Sequence record: PZ445526.1
Source of the DNA: a phage
Length of the DNA: 64,000 bases
Strand: one strand, 5' to 3'
This document shows, piece by piece, positions 21,443-32,866 of the stretch. A model generated the notes under the pieces. That model ran no database searches, had not been told where the DNA came from, and saw only the letters and a program-made list of their open reading frames with translations. Position numbers and translations under genes: made by a program. Numbering within the stretch: the first letter of the stretch is position 1; the number at the start of each line of letters is the position of its first letter.

Positions 21443-24400
21443 ATGGCCGAGATTAAAAGAAAGTTCAGAGCAGAAGATGGTCTGGACGCAGGTGGTGATA
21501 AAATAATCAACGTAGCTTTAGCTGATCGTACCGTAGGAACTGACGGTGTTAACGTTGATTACTTAATTCAAGAAAACACAGTTCAACAATATGATCCAAC
21601 TCGTGGATATTTAAAAGATTTTGTAATCATTTATGATAACCGCTTTTGGGCTGCTATAAATGATATTCCAAAACCAGCAGGAGCTTTTAATAGCGGACGC
21701 TGGAGAGCATTACGTACGGACGCAAACTGGATTACGGTTTCATCTGGTTCATATCAATTGAAATCCGGTGAAGCAATTTCTGTTAATACTGCAGCTGGAA
21801 ATGACATCACGTTTACTTTACCGTCTTCTCCAATTGATGGTGATACTATCGTTCTCCAAGATATTGGAGGAAAACCAGGAGTTAACCAAGTTTTAATTGT
21901 AGCTTCAGTGCAAAGTATTGTAAACTTTAGAGGTGAACAGGTACGTTCAGTACTAATGACTCATCCAAAGTCACAGCTAGTTTTATTTTTTAGTAATCGT
22001 CTGTGGCAAATGTATGTTGCTGATTATAGTAGAGAAGCTATAGTTGTAACACCAGCGAATACCTATCAAGCACAATCCAACGATTTTATCGTACGTAGAT
22101 TTACTTCTGCTGCACCAATTAATGTTAAACTTCCAAGATTTGCTAATCATGGCGATATTATTAATTTCGTTGATTTAGATAAACTGAATCCACTTTATCA
22201 TACAATTGTTACTACATACGATGAAACGACTTCAGTACAAGAAGTTGGAACTCATTCCATTGAAGGACGTACATCTATTGACGGTTTCTTAATGTTTGAT
22301 GATAATGAGAAATTGTGGAGATTGTTTGACGGGGATAGTAAAGCACGTTTACGCATTATAACGACTAATTCTAATATTCGTCCAAATGAAGAAGTCATGG
22401 TATTTGGTGCAAATAACGGAACAACTCAGACAATTGAGCTTAAGCTTCCAACTAATATTTCTGTTGGTGATACTGTTAAAATTTCCATGAATTACATGAG
22501 AAAAGGACAAACAGTTAAAATCAAAGCTGCTGGTGAAGATAAAATTGCTTCTTCAGTTCAATTGCTGCAATTCCCAAAACGCTCAGAATATCCACCTGAG
22601 GCTGAATGGGTAACAGTTCAAGAATTAGTTTTTAATGGTGAAACTAATTATGTTCCAGTTTTAGAACTTGCTTATATTGAAGATTCTGATGGAAAATACT
22701 GGGTTGTACAGCAAAACGTTCCAACTGTAGAAAGAGTAGATTCTTTAAATGATTCTACTAGAGCAAGATTAGGCGTAATTGCTTTAGCTACACAAGCTCA
22801 AGCTAACGTCGATTTAGAAAATTCTCCACAAAAAGAATTAGCAATTACTCCAGAAACATTAGCTAACCGTACTGCTACAGAAACTCGTAGAGGTATCGCA
22901 AGAATAGCAACTACTGCTCAAGTGAATCAGAACACCACATTCTCTTTTGCAGATGACCTTATCATTACTCCTAAAAAGCTGAATGAAAGAACTGCTACTG
23001 AAACTCGCAGAGGTGTTGCTGAAATTGCTACGCAGCAAGAAACTAATGCAGGAACCGATGATACTACAATCATCACTCCCAAAAAGCTTCAAGCTCGTCA
23101 AGGTTCTGAATCATTATCTGGTATTGTAACTTTTGTATCTACTGCAAGTGCTACTCCAGCTTCTAGCCGTGAATTAAATGGTACGAATGTTTATAATAAA
23201 AACACTAATAATTTAGTTGTTTCACCTAAAGCTTTGGATCAGTATAAAGCTACTCCAACACAGCAAGGTGCAGTAATTTTAGCAGTTGAAAGTGAAGTAA
23301 TTGCTGGACAAAGTCAGCAAGGATGGGCAAATGCTGTTGTAACGCCAGAAACGTTACATAAAAAGACATCAACTGATGGAAGAATTGGTTTAATTGAAAT
23401 TGCTACGCAAAGTGAAGTTAATACAGGAACTGATTATACTCGTGCAGTCACTCCTAAAACTTTAAATGACCGTAGAGCAACTGAAAGTTTAAGTGGTATA
23501 GCTGAAATTGCTACACAAGTTGAATTCGACGCAGGCGTCGACGATACTCGTATCTCTACACCATTAAAAATTAAAACCAGATTTAATAGTACTGATCGTA
23601 CTTCTGTTGTTGCTCTATCTGGATTAGTTGAATCAGGAACTCTCTGGGACCATTATACCCTTAATATTCTTGAAGCAAATGAGACACAGCGTGGTACACT
23701 TCGTGTAGCTACACAGGTCGAAGCTGCTGCAGGAACATTAGATAATGTTTTAATAACTCCTAAAAAGCTTTTAGGTACTAAATCTACCGAATCGCAAGAA
23801 GGTGTTATTAAAGTTGCAACTCAGTCTGAAACTGTGACTGGAACATCAGCAAATACTGCTGTATCTCCAAAAAATTTAAAGTGGATTGCGCAGAGTGAAC
23901 CTACCTGGGCAGCTACTACTGCGATAAGAGGTTTTGTTAAAACTTCATCTGGTTCAATTACATTCGTTGGTAATGATACAGTCGGTTCTACCCAAGATTT
24001 AGAACTGTATGAGAAAAATAGCTATGCGGTATCACCATATGAATTAAACCGTGTATTAGCAAATTATCTGCCATTAAAAGCAAAAGCTGTAGATAGTAAT
24101 TTATTGGATGGTCTAGATTCATCTCAGTTCATTCGTAGGGATATTGCACAGACGGTTAATGGTTCACTAACCTTAACCCAACAAACGAATCTGAGTGCCC
24201 CTCTTGTATCATCTAGTACTGCTACGTTTGGTGGTTCAGTTTCGGCAAATAGTACATTAACTATTTCTAATACTGGAACGGCAACTCGTCTGATTTTTGA
24301 GAAAGGACCTCAGACTGGAACAAATCCTGCTCAAACGATGACTATCAGAGTTTGGGGAAATCAGTTTGGCGGCGGTTCAGATACAACACGTTCTACTGTA

Positions 24401-25312
24401 TTTGAAGTTGGTGATGAAACGTCTAATCACTTTTACTCTCAACGTAATAAAGCTGGGAATATAACGTTTAGTATCAATGGTACTGTAATGCCAATAAATG
24501 TTAATGCTTCGGGTTCTTTAAATGCGAATGGCGTTGCAACATTTGGTAGTTCAGTTACAGCCAATGGTGAATTCATTAGCAAGTCTGCAAATGCTTTCAG
24601 AGCAATTAGTGGTGATTACGGATTCCTTATTCGCAATGATGGCACTAATACCTATTTTTTGCTAACCCATCCAGGAGGCCAGACTGGTGGATTTAGTGGA
24701 TTACGTCCTTTAGCTATTAATAATGCATCTGGCCAAGTAACGATTGGTGAAGGCTTAATCATTGCCAAAGGTGCTACTATAAATTCAGGTGGTTTGACTG
24801 TTAACTCGAGAATTCGTTCTCAGGGCACTAAAACATCTGATTTATACACCCGCGCACCAACATCTGATACTGTAGGATTCTGGTCAATCGATATTAACGA
24901 TTCAGCCACTTATAACCAGTTCCCGGGTTATTTTAAAATGGTTGAAAAAACTAATGAAGTGACTGGACTTCCATACTTAGAGCGTGGTGAAGAAGTTAAA
25001 TCTCCTGGTACATTGACTCAGTTTGGTAATACACTTGATTCGCTTTACCAAGATTGGATTACTTATCCAACGACAGCAGAAGCGCGTACCACTCGCTGGA
25101 CACGCACATGGCAGAAAACTAAAAACTCTTGGTCAAGTTTTGTTCAGGTATTTGACGGAGGTAACCCTCCTCAACCGTCTGATATCGGTGCTTTACCATC
25201 TGATAATGCTACAATGGGGAATCTTACTATTCGTGACTTCTTACGAATTGGTAATGTTCGCATTGTTCCTGACCCAGTAAATAAAACGGTTAAATTTGAA
25301 TGGGTTGAATAA
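21443..25312 (+). CDS. 34: Long tail fibre proximal subunit gp34, 1289 aa
   Basis: 1289-aa ORF with GGGAGA SD, internal roughly 40-aa fibre repeats; recognised as T4-type gp34. Confidence 0.95.
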   Translation: MAEIKRKFRAEDGLDAGGDKIINVALADRTVGTDGVNVDYLIQENTVQQYDPTRGYLKDFVIIYDNRFWAAINDIPKPAGAFNSGRWRALRTDANWITVSSGSYQLKSGEAISVNTAAGNDITFTLPSSPIDGDTIVLQDIGGKPGVNQVLIVASVQSIVNFRGEQVRSVLMTHPKSQLVLFFSNRLWQMYVADYSREAIVVTPANTYQAQSNDFIVRRFTSAAPINVKLPRFANHGDIINFVDLDKLNPLYHTIVTTYDETTSVQEVGTHSIEGRTSIDGFLMFDDNEKLWRLFDGDSKARLRIITTNSNIRPNEEVMVFGANNGTTQTIELKLPTNISVGDTVKISMNYMRKGQTVKIKAAGEDKIASSVQLLQFPKRSEYPPEAEWVTVQELVFNGETNYVPVLELAYIEDSDGKYWVVQQNVPTVERVDSLNDSTRARLGVIALATQAQANVDLENSPQKELAITPETLANRTATETRRGIARIATTAQVNQNTTFSFADDLIITPKKLNERTATETRRGVAEIATQQETNAGTDDTTIITPKKLQARQGSESLSGIVTFVSTASATPASSRELNGTNVYNKNTNNLVVSPKALDQYKATPTQQGAVILAVESEVIAGQSQQGWANAVVTPETLHKKTSTDGRIGLIEIATQSEVNTGTDYTRAVTPKTLNDRRATESLSGIAEIATQVEFDAGVDDTRISTPLKIKTRFNSTDRTSVVALSGLVESGTLWDHYTLNILEANETQRGTLRVATQVEAAAGTLDNVLITPKKLLGTKSTESQEGVIKVATQSETVTGTSANTAVSPKNLKWIAQSEPTWAATTAIRGFVKTSSGSITFVGNDTVGSTQDLELYEKNSYAVSPYELNRVLANYLPLKAKAVDSNLLDGLDSSQFIRRDIAQTVNGSLTLTQQTNLSAPLVSSSTATFGGSVSANSTLTISNTGTATRLIFEKGPQTGTNPAQTMTIRVWGNQFGGGSDTTRSTVFEVGDETSNHFYSQRNKAGNITFSINGTVMPINVNASGSLNANGVATFGSSVTANGEFISKSANAFRAISGDYGFLIRNDGTNTYFLLTHPGGQTGGFSGLRPLAINNASGQVTIGEGLIIAKGATINSGGLTVNSRIRSQGTKTSDLYTRAPTSDTVGFWSIDINDSATYNQFPGYFKMVEKTNEVTGLPYLERGEEVKSPGTLTQFGNTLDSLYQDWITYPTTAEARTTRWTRTWQKTKNSWSSFVQVFDGGNPPQPSDIGALPSDNATMGNLTIRDFLRIGNVRIVPDPVNKTVKFEWVE

Positions 25313-25320
25313 GAGGTATT

Positions 25321-26439
25321 ATGGAAAAATTTATGGCAGAGTTTGGACAAGGATATGTCCAAACGCCATTTTTATCGGAAAGCAATTCAGTAAGATACAA
25401 AATAAGTATAGCGGGTTCTTGCCCGCTTTCTACTGCAGGACCACCATATGTTAAATTTCAGGATAATCCTGTAGGAAGTCAAACATTTAGCGCAGGACTT
25501 CATTTAAGAGTTTTTGACCCTTCCACCGGAGCATTAGTTGATAGTAAGTCATATGCTTTTTCGACTTCAAATGATACTACATCAGCTGCCTTTGTTAGTT
25601 TCATGAATTCTATTTCAAGCAATAGACTTGTTGCTATATTAACTAACGGAAAGGTTAATTTTCCTCCTGAAGTAGCATCTTGGTTAAGAACCGCCGGAAC
25701 GTCTGCCTTTCCGTCTGATTCTGTATTGTCAAGATTCGACGTATCATATGCTGCTTTTTACACTTCTTCTAAAAGAGCTATTGCATTAGAGCATGTTAAA
25801 CTAAGTAATAGAAAAAGCACAGATGATTATCAAACTATTTTAGATGTTGTATTTGACAGTTTAGAAGACGTTGGAGCTACAGGATTTCCTAAAAGAACAT
25901 ATGAAAGCGTTGAGCAATTCATGTCGGCAGTTGGTGGAACTAATAACGAAATTGCGCGATTGCCAACTTCAGCTGCTATAAGTAAATTATCTGATTATAA
26001 TTTAATTCCTGGCGATGTTCTTTATCTTAAAGCCCAGTTATATGCTGATGCCGATTTACTTGCTCTTGGAACTACGAATATATCCATTCGATTTTATAAT
26101 GCATCAAATGGATATATTTCCTCGACACAAGCTGAGTTCACCGGACAAGCTGGGTCTTGGGAATTAAAGGAAGATTATGTAGTTGTTCCAGAAAATGCTG
26201 TGGGATTTACGATATACGCGCAAAGAACTGCACAAGCTGGTCAAGGTGGCATGAGGAATTTAAGCTTTTCGGAAGTGTCAAGAAATGGAAGTATTTCGAA
26301 ACCTGCTGAATTTGGTATCAACGGCATTCGTGTTAATTATATCTGCGAATCCGCTTCACCTCCGGATATAATTGTACTTCCTACGCAAGCATCGTCTAAA
26401 ACTGGTAAAGTGTTTGGACAAGAATTTAGAGAAGTATAA
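25321..26439 (+). CDS. 35: Long tail fibre hinge protein gp35, 372 aa
   Basis: 372 aa, AAGAGG SD; follows gene 34 as in T4. Confidence 0.9.
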   Translation: MEKFMAEFGQGYVQTPFLSESNSVRYKISIAGSCPLSTAGPPYVKFQDNPVGSQTFSAGLHLRVFDPSTGALVDSKSYAFSTSNDTTSAAFVSFMNSISSNRLVAILTNGKVNFPPEVASWLRTAGTSAFPSDSVLSRFDVSYAAFYTSSKRAIALEHVKLSNRKSTDDYQTILDVVFDSLEDVGATGFPKRTYESVEQFMSAVGGTNNEIARLPTSAAISKLSDYNLIPGDVLYLKAQLYADADLLALGTTNISIRFYNASNGYISSTQAEFTGQAGSWELKEDYVVVPENAVGFTIYAQRTAQAGQGGMRNLSFSEVSRNGSISKPAEFGINGIRVNYICESASPPDIIVLPTQASSKTGKVFGQEFREV

Positions 26440-26444
26440 ATTGA

Positions 26445-26470
26445 GGGAGCCTTCGGGTTCCCTTTTTCTT
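26445..26470 (+). terminator. Rho-independent terminator after gene 35
   Basis: gggagcc-ttcg-ggttccc hairpin (one G-U pair) followed by tttttcttt. Confidence 0.6.
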
Positions 26471-26478
26471 TATAAATA
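26471..26478 (+). promoter_or_regulatory. Late promoter box TATAAATA for gene 36
   Basis: Exact tataaata directly after the terminator, 24 nt upstream of the gene 36 ATG. Confidence 0.65.
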
Positions 26479-26501
26479 CTATTAAAATAAAGGGGCATAC
26501 A

Positions 26502-27191
26502 ATGGCTGATTTAAAAGTAGGTTCAACAACTGGAGGCTCTGTCATTTGGCATCAAGGAAATTTTCCATTGAATCCAGCCGGTGACGATGTACTCTATAAA
26601 TCATTTAAAATATATTCAGAATATAACAAACCACAAGCTACTGACAACGATTTCGTTTCTAAAGCTAACGGTGGCACAAAGTCTCAGGGTTTCCAAAAAG
26701 AAGTAGAATTTAGAGAAGGCGTTAAGATTTCTGCAACGTTTTCTGGCGGTTCAGACCTGAACGGGTTATATTCTGGCAATGGAGATGGAGCTTCCAGAGA
26801 AAAAGCTAACATGGATTTACGTTCATGGTACGGCATTGGTATTTGGAACACATGTACGGGTGATGGGATCCAGGGACGCACAATCTGGTTTAATGCCAGG
26901 CGTGGTACAGTTGAAACAGTTGGCGATATTGTTTCAGACCGACAAGTTATTTCTAATGCTTCAGGACCGACCGGCCCAGCACACTTAACTCGTAAAGATT
27001 ATGTTGATGGAGCAATAAATACTGTTACAGCAAATGCGAACTCTAGAGTGTTGCGTTCTGGCGACACTATGACAGGTAACTTAACCGCGCCAAACTTTTT
27101 CTCGCAGAATCCCGCATCTCAACCCTCACATGTTCCACGATTTGACCAAATCGTAATTAAGGATTCTGTTCAAGATTTCGGCTATTATTAA
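26502..27191 (+). CDS. 36: Long tail fibre distal connector gp36, 229 aa
   Basis: Position between 35 and 37; SD aaagggg; size close to T4 gp36. Confidence 0.88.
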   Translation: MADLKVGSTTGGSVIWHQGNFPLNPAGDDVLYKSFKIYSEYNKPQATDNDFVSKANGGTKSQGFQKEVEFREGVKISATFSGGSDLNGLYSGNGDGASREKANMDLRSWYGIGIWNTCTGDGIQGRTIWFNARRGTVETVGDIVSDRQVISNASGPTGPAHLTRKDYVDGAINTVTANANSRVLRSGDTMTGNLTAPNFFSQNPASQPSHVPRFDQIVIKDSVQDFGYY

Positions 27192-27199
27192 GAGGACTT

Positions 27200-30100
27200 A
27201 TGGCTACTTTAAAACAAATACAATTTAAAAGAAGCAAAATCGCAGGAACTCGTCCTGCTGCTTCAGTATTAGCCGAAGGTGAATTGGCTATAAACTTAAA
27301 AGATAGAACACTTTTTACTAAAGATGATTCAGGAAATATCATTGATTTAAGCATTTCCGCTGGCGGTAATATCAGTGGAAATGTAACTATTGATGGAACT
27401 TTACGCGTCAATGGACCAATAAACAATTTTGGAAATTTTTCCACAAGTGGCCAGATTACCGCTGGTAGTAGTATTTCAGCTCAAGTTTTTAGAGCATTGC
27501 AAGGTTCGTTTTATTCAAGAGCTTCAACCGGTGAAACAGCAAATGCCCATTTATGGTTTGAAAATGCCGATGGCACTGAACGTGGCGTTATATATGCTCG
27601 TCCTCAAACTACAACTGCCGGTGAAATACGCCTTAGGGTTAGACAAGGAACAGGAAGCACTACCAACAGTGAATTCTATTTCCGTTCTATAAACGGCGGT
27701 GAATTTCAAGCCAATCGTATTTTAGCATCAGATTCGTTAGTAACTAAACGCATTGCGGTTGATACTGTTATTCACGATGCCAAAGCGTTTGGACAATATG
27801 ATTCTCACTCTTTGGTTAACTATGTTTATCCTGGAACCGGTGAAACAAATGGTGTAAACTATCTTCGTAAAGTTCGCGCTAAAGCTGCCGGAACCATGTG
27901 GCATGAAATCTGTACAGCTCAGACTGGACAAGCTGATGAAATGTCATGGTGGACTGGTAATACTCCTCAGTCTAAACAATATGGTATTCGTAATGACGGA
28001 CGAATTGCTGGACGTAATAGCCTTGCATTAGGTACATTCACTACAAATTTCCCGTCTAGTGATTATGGTAATGTCGGTGTAATGGGCGATAAATATCTTG
28101 TTCTCGGTGACACTGTAACTGGCTTGTCATACAAAAAAACTGGTGTATTTGATCTAGTTGGCGGTGGATATTCTGTTGCATCTATTACTCCAGATAGTTT
28201 CCGTAGTACTCGTAAAGGTATATTTGGTCGTTCCGAGGACCAAGGCGCAACTTGGATAATGCCTGGTACAAATGCTGCTCTCTTGTCCGTTCAAACACAA
28301 GCTGATACTAACAATGCTGGAGACGGACAAACCCATATCGGGTACAATGCTGGCGGTAAAATGAACCACTATTTCCGTGGTACAGGACAGATGAATATCA
28401 ATACCCAACAAGGTATGGAAATTAACCCGGGTATTTTGAAATTGGTAACTGGCTCTAATAATGTACAGTTTTATGCTGACGGCAATATTTCTTCTATCCA
28501 ACCTGTTAAATTAGACAACGAATTATTTTTAAATAGTTCTAATAATACCGCAGGACTTAAATTTGGCGCCCCTAGCAAAGTTGATGGAACAAGAGCTATC
28601 CAATGGAACGGTGGTACTCGCGAAGGACAGAATAAAAACTATGTGATTATTAAAGCATGGGGTAACTCATTTAATGCCACTGGTGATAGATCTCGCGAAA
28701 CGGTTTTCCAAGTATCAGATAGTCAAGGATATTATTTTTATGCTCATCGTAAAGCTCCAACCGGCGACGAAACTATTGGACGTATTGAAGCTCAGTTTGC
28801 TGGAGAACTTAATGCTAAAAGTATTAATGCCGTCGAAAATTTTAAAGTTAATGGATTAAGCACTTTAGTCGGCGGAGTTACAATGAGCAATGGGCTTAAT
28901 TTAACCGGCGGTTCTTCTATTACTGGACAAGTTAAAATAGGCGGAACATATGATGCGTTAAGAATTTGGAACTCTCGTTATGGCGCCATTTTCCGTCGCT
29001 CAGAAACATCATTACATATTATCCCAACTAATGAAAATGAAGGGGAAAACGGTGCAATAAACAACCTTCGTCCGTTTAGTATTGAGTTAGGCACCGGCAC
29101 AGTTTCTATGTTACATGATGTTCATTTAGGAAATTCCGGATCTTCTACAGGATTATTACAAGTAAGTAATAGTCTTAAAACTATTAAAATGATATGTCCA
29201 GTGACTATTAATGAACGCAATGCAGCGCTTACCCTGGATTCTCCTTCATCTTCTTCTGCTAATTATTTACAGGGTTCTAAAGCTGGAACTAAATCGTGGT
29301 ATGTTGGTCTTGGTGGCGCTGGAAATGATTTATCGCTTTATAGCCAATCTTATGGACATGGTCTTGTTATAAGCGATAATTTCGTGTCAATTAGTAAACC
29401 TCTTAAAGTTGGAAATGCACAACTAGGAACTGACGGTAATATTACTGGTGGTTCTGGTAATTTTGCTAACTTGAATACCACGTTAAATCGTAAAGTTAAT
29501 TCTGGATTTATTACTTATGGAGCAACCTCTGGATGGTATAAGTTTGCAACAGTAACAATGCCACAATCCACTTCGACAGCCTTCTTTAAAATAGTTGGAG
29601 GTTCTGGATTTAATAGTGGATTATTCACCCAATGTAATATTGCTGAAATTGTTTTACGTACTGGTAATGAAAGACCTGCTGACTTAAATGCTGTATTATA
29701 CACAAGAACAATTGGAGCTGCATTTAAAAATATTGCAGTTAATAACGTCTCTGGAGATACATATGACATCTATGTTTATGCTGGAACATATTGTAATCAA
29801 TTAGCTTGTGAATGGGCATGTACTGAAAACGCTACTATTAGTGTTATTGGTATTAACTCATCTACACAATCACCTGTAGATGATCTTCCAGATACAGCAG
29901 TTAACGGTCAAGTTGCTAATGTTCTTAATAACTTGGTTGATAGCGGTAAAGGTAAGCGTTATGAAGCCGAGTCTGAAATAGCTATTAATAGCCAAACCGG
30001 TATTCGTATCAGAAGCAATGCCGATAAAACTGGTTCTGTAGCTACAATGTTACGAAATGATGGCGGTAGTTTTTATATTCTGTTTACAGATAAAAATGAC

Positions 30101-30931
30101 ACCGATGGCGCAGCAACTGTTAATGGTGAGTGGAATAGTAAACGTCCTTTCGCAATTAACTTAACAACCGGCGAAGTGATGATGAATAATGGCATAGCTG
30201 TTCGCAGCGCTGCTTTATTCTATAATAGCATAAACGTCAAAGATAATGGTTCTATTAACTTTGATAAATCAGGTGCTAACCCGAGAAATATGAGAATATT
30301 TCATGCTGGCGATGCTTCTCGCGGTAACCGTATTGAAATTGCCGATGAAACTAATTATATTGCTTACTTTGAAAAAGCTCCAGGTGGAGCTAACCGCTTT
30401 GTAGTAAATAATGCTACTGTATCTGGTGTTAATCAAATGAATTCATTTGGTGTCAATACATCAAATGCTCTCGGTGGAAACAGTATAACATTTGGTGATA
30501 CCGATACTGGTATTAAGCAAAATGGTGATGGATTATTAGACATATATGCGAACAACGCACAAGTATTCCGTTTCCAAAACGGCGATTTGTACTCATACAA
30601 AAATATAAATGCTCCAAACGTTTATATTCGTTCTGATATTCGTTTAAAATCCAACTTTAAGCCTATCGAAAATGCACTTGATAAAGTTGAAAAACTTAAC
30701 GGTGTCATTTATGATAAAGCTGAATACATCGGTGGAGAGGCAATTGAAACTGAAGCGGGTATTGTGGCTCAAACGCTACAAGACGTTTTACCAGAAGCCG
30801 TCCGTGAAACAGAAGACAGCAAGGGTAATAAAATACTCACTGTTTCTTCTCAAGCCCAGATTGCTCTTCTGGTTGAAGCTGTGAAAACGCTTTCTGCTCG
30901 TGTAAAAGAACTTGAATCTAAACTTATGTAA
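27200..30931 (+). CDS. 37: Long tail fibre distal subunit gp37 with C-terminal intramolecular chaperone-like domain, 1243 aa
   Basis: AAGAGGA SD; gene order; C-terminal SDIRLKSNF...[11 protein letters not shown] resembles self-cleaving fibre chaperone domains. Confidence 0.92.
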   Translation: MATLKQIQFKRSKIAGTRPAASVLAEGELAINLKDRTLFTKDDSGNIIDLSISAGGNISGNVTIDGTLRVNGPINNFGNFSTSGQITAGSSISAQVFRALQGSFYSRASTGETANAHLWFENADGTERGVIYARPQTTTAGEIRLRVRQGTGSTTNSEFYFRSINGGEFQANRILASDSLVTKRIAVDTVIHDAKAFGQYDSHSLVNYVYPGTGETNGVNYLRKVRAKAAGTMWHEICTAQTGQADEMSWWTGNTPQSKQYGIRNDGRIAGRNSLALGTFTTNFPSSDYGNVGVMGDKYLVLGDTVTGLSYKKTGVFDLVGGGYSVASITPDSFRSTRKGIFGRSEDQGATWIMPGTNAALLSVQTQADTNNAGDGQTHIGYNAGGKMNHYFRGTGQMNINTQQGMEINPGILKLVTGSNNVQFYADGNISSIQPVKLDNELFLNSSNNTAGLKFGAPSKVDGTRAIQWNGGTREGQNKNYVIIKAWGNSFNATGDRSRETVFQVSDSQGYYFYAHRKAPTGDETIGRIEAQFAGELNAKSINAVENFKVNGLSTLVGGVTMSNGLNLTGGSSITGQVKIGGTYDALRIWNSRYGAIFRRSETSLHIIPTNENEGENGAINNLRPFSIELGTGTVSMLHDVHLGNSGSSTGLLQVSNSLKTIKMICPVTINERNAALTLDSPSSSSANYLQGSKAGTKSWYVGLGGAGNDLSLYSQSYGHGLVISDNFVSISKPLKVGNAQLGTDGNITGGSGNFANLNTTLNRKVNSGFITYGATSGWYKFATVTMPQSTSTAFFKIVGGSGFNSGLFTQCNIAEIVLRTGNERPADLNAVLYTRTIGAAFKNIAVNNVSGDTYDIYVYAGTYCNQLACEWACTENATISVIGINSSTQSPVDDLPDTAVNGQVANVLNNLVDSGKGKRYEAESEIAINSQTGIRIRSNADKTGSVATMLRNDGGSFYILFTDKNDTDGAATVNGEWNSKRPFAINLTTGEVMMNNGIAVRSAALFYNSINVKDNGSINFDKSGANPRNMRIFHAGDASRGNRIEIADETNYIAYFEKAPGGANRFVVNNATVSGVNQMNSFGVNTSNALGGNSITFGDTDTGIKQNGDGLLDIYANNAQVFRFQNGDLYSYKNINAPNVYIRSDIRLKSNFKPIENALDKVEKLNGVIYDKAEYIGGEAIETEAGIVAQTLQDVLPEAVRETEDSKGNKILTVSSQAQIALLVEAVKTLSARVKELESKLM

Positions 30932-30932
30932 A

Positions 30933-30950
30933 AGAGGGCTTCGGCCCTCT
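30933..30950 (+). other. Stem-loop between genes 37 and 38
   Basis: agagggc-ttcg-gccctct hairpin immediately after the gp37 stop and before the gp38 SD. Confidence 0.5.
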
Positions 30951-30961
30951 AAGGATTTTTA

Positions 30962-31744
30962 ATGGCAATTGTAGGTGTTCCTGGCTGGATTGGTGAATCT
31001 GCCGTGAATGAAACTGGACAACGCTGGATGGATGCTGCGATGAGAGAAGTTCGTGTTTCAGTTCCCGGTTGGATGAGTTCAATGGCTGGGCAATCTAAAG
31101 AGATTCATTATAGCATTGGTGCTAGCAATTCTTACAATAAAGACACACTAATAAACTGGATAAAAGCCCAAGGAAGCACTCCTGTTGTTATTACTATTAC
31201 AGGAAATATTGTTTCTCAATCTACTGGTGTTCCATGCTTAGATTTTCCTAGCTCATTAACTAATGCATATGTTACGTTGATCATTAACTCAGGTGTGACT
31301 GTTTACGGACGCGGTGGCAATGGTGGTAGTAACGCTGCTGGTGCTGCTGGTGGTAACGCAATTAATAATGGCATCGGTACACGCTTGCGTATTACGAATA
31401 ATGGTGCAATCGCTGGAGGTGGCGGCGGCGGCGGCGGCGGTAACAGGGGTAAACTAATATTTGGTGGTGGCGGTGGTCGCCCATTCGGTGCTGGTGGGTC
31501 TTCCTCTCATATGAGTTCCGGTGCAACTGCTGGCACCATTTCCGCTCCGGGTAAAGGATCTGTTGGTGAGGGGTCTCTTAGCGCATATACAGGCGGCGCG
31601 GGCGGCAACGTTGGTGCTGCTGGAGGAAGATGTAATACTCAAGGTAACGGTACAGAATATAACGGCGGCGCAGCAGGTAAAGCTGTTACTGGTAATGCTC
31701 CAACTTGGACTAAAGTTGGTACAATATACGGTTCAAGAGTATAA
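30962..31744 (+). CDS. 38: Tail fibre adhesin gp38 (T2/T6 type, glycine-rich), 260 aa
   Basis: Conserved N-terminus then Gly-rich blocks including GGGGGGGGGN separated by variable segments. Confidence 0.88.
   Translation: MAIVGVPGWIGESAVNETGQRWMDAAMREVRVSVPGWMSSMAGQSKEIHYSIGASNSYNKDTLINWIKAQGSTPVVITITGNIVSQSTGVPCLDFPSSLTNAYVTLIINSGVTVYGRGGNGGSNAAGAAGGNAINNGIGTRLRITNNGAIAGGGGGGGGGNRGKLIFGGGGGRPFGAGGSSSHMSSGATAGTISAPGKGSVGEGSLSAYTGGAGGNVGAAGGRCNTQGNGTEYNGGAAGKAVTGNAPTWTKVGTIYGSRV
31415..31441 (+). repeat. GGN trinucleotide repeat, (GGC)6 flanked by GGT, encoding polyglycine in gp38
   Basis: ggaggtggcggcggcggcggcggcggt read directly. Confidence 0.85.
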
Positions 31745-31749
31745 TTTTG

Positions 31750-31757
31750 AATAAATA
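31750..31757 (+). promoter_or_regulatory. Near-consensus late promoter box AATAAATA upstream of t
   Basis: aataaata about 19 nt upstream of the holin ATG with AAGGAGG SD. Confidence 0.4.
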
Positions 31758-31775
31758 TCCTTAAAAGGAGGGTCT

Positions 31776-32432
31776 ATGGCAGCACCTAGAATATCATTTT
31801 CGCCCTCTGATATTCTATTTGGTGTTCTAGATCGCTTGTTCAAAGATAACGCTACCGGGAAAGTTCTTGCTTCCCGGGTAGCTGTCGTAATTCTTTTATT
31901 TATGATGGCGATTGTTTGGTATAGGGGAGATAGTTTCTTTGAGTACTATAAGCAATCAAAGTATGAAACATACAGTGAAATTATTGAAAAGGAAAGAAAT
32001 GCACGCTTTGAATCTGTCGCCCTGGAACAACTCCAGATAGTTCATATATCATCTGAGGCAGACTTTAGTGCGGTGTATTCTTTCCGCCCTAAAAACTTAA
32101 ACTATTTTGTTGATATTATAGCATACGAAGGAAAATTACCTTCAACAATAAGTGAAAAATCACTTGGAGGATATCCTGTTGATAAAACTATGGATGAATA
32201 TACAGTTCATTTAAATGGACGTCATTATTATTCCAACTCAAAATTTGCTTTTTTACCAACTAAAAAGCCTACTCCCGAAATAAACTACATGTACAGTTGT
32301 CCATATTTCAATTTGGATAATATCTATGCTGGAACAATAACCATGTACTGGTATAGAAATGATCATATAAGTAATGACCGCCTTGAATCAATATGTTCTC
32401 AGGCGGCCAGAATATTAGGAAGGGCTAAATAA
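31776..32432 (+). CDS. t: Holin T, 218 aa
   Basis: 218 aa, single TM segment VAVVILLFMMAIVWY, recognised as T4 holin; strong SD. Confidence 0.9.
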   Translation: MAAPRISFSPSDILFGVLDRLFKDNATGKVLASRVAVVILLFMMAIVWYRGDSFFEYYKQSKYETYSEIIEKERNARFESVALEQLQIVHISSEADFSAVYSFRPKNLNYFVDIIAYEGKLPSTISEKSLGGYPVDKTMDEYTVHLNGRHYYSNSKFAFLPTKKPTPEINYMYSCPYFNLDNIYAGTITMYWYRNDHISNDRLESICSQAARILGRAK

Positions 32433-32705
32433 TTATTTGTTCGTATACATCTCTAGATATCGATATACACCCTCAAAACCCTCGTTGAATTCATCGATGA
32501 GGGTTTTCTTATCTTCCTGAGTTAATTCAGAAACAATTTTACGGAATGAATTCTGATTTAATTTTCTACCTTCATGTGTTACTCCAATCTCATTCAGAAA
32601 TGCAATAAAATTAGCACGATTCTCAACAATATCTTCTCTGGAAAATTTAATCAAAATAGACGCAACAGTAATAATTTCACGAACTGTATCAATATTTTTA
32701 TTCAT
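32433..32705 (-). CDS. asiA: Anti-sigma70 factor AsiA, 90 aa
   Basis: 90-aa product MNKNIDTVREIITVASILIKFSRED... recognised as T4 AsiA. Confidence 0.92.
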   Translation of the reverse strand: MNKNIDTVREIITVASILIKFSREDIVENRANFIAFLNEIGVTHEGRKLNQNSFRKIVSELTQEDKKTLIDEFNEGFEGVYRYLEMYTNK

Positions 32706-32726
32706 TAACTATACCACTCAATTAGT

Positions 32727-32768
32727 TGACTTTGTTATAATATCATCAGACGCTTGATTTGTAAACTG
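32727..32768 (-). promoter_or_regulatory. Candidate early promoter for asiA
   Basis: Minus strand GTTTACA with TATTAT about 17 nt downstream. Confidence 0.4.
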
Positions 32769-32866
32769 GTCTGTGTTATTTTCTTCAAAAATTTTTTCTA
32801 CGAATTCCTTGAACGACTCACGTTCCTGAGCTACATTATGCTCGATTACCTTTTCAAGATTATGAC

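Noticed and set aside
22859-23101. Minus-strand ORFs and repeat-like structure inside gene 34; possible CRISPR-like array
   Set aside because: The repetition is the in-frame roughly 40-aa fibre repeat of gp34, not direct repeats with unique spacers; the antisense ORFs are low-complexity. No CRISPR array is present in the window.
25023-25362. Alternative-frame and antisense ORFs inside the tail fibre block (25023..25280, 25171..25362, 26684..26988, 27157..27444, 27429..27931, 28154..28859, 29515..29769, 30672..30884, 31454..31754)
   Set aside because: They are embedded in genes 34-38, whose long ORFs, spacing and SDs account for the region.
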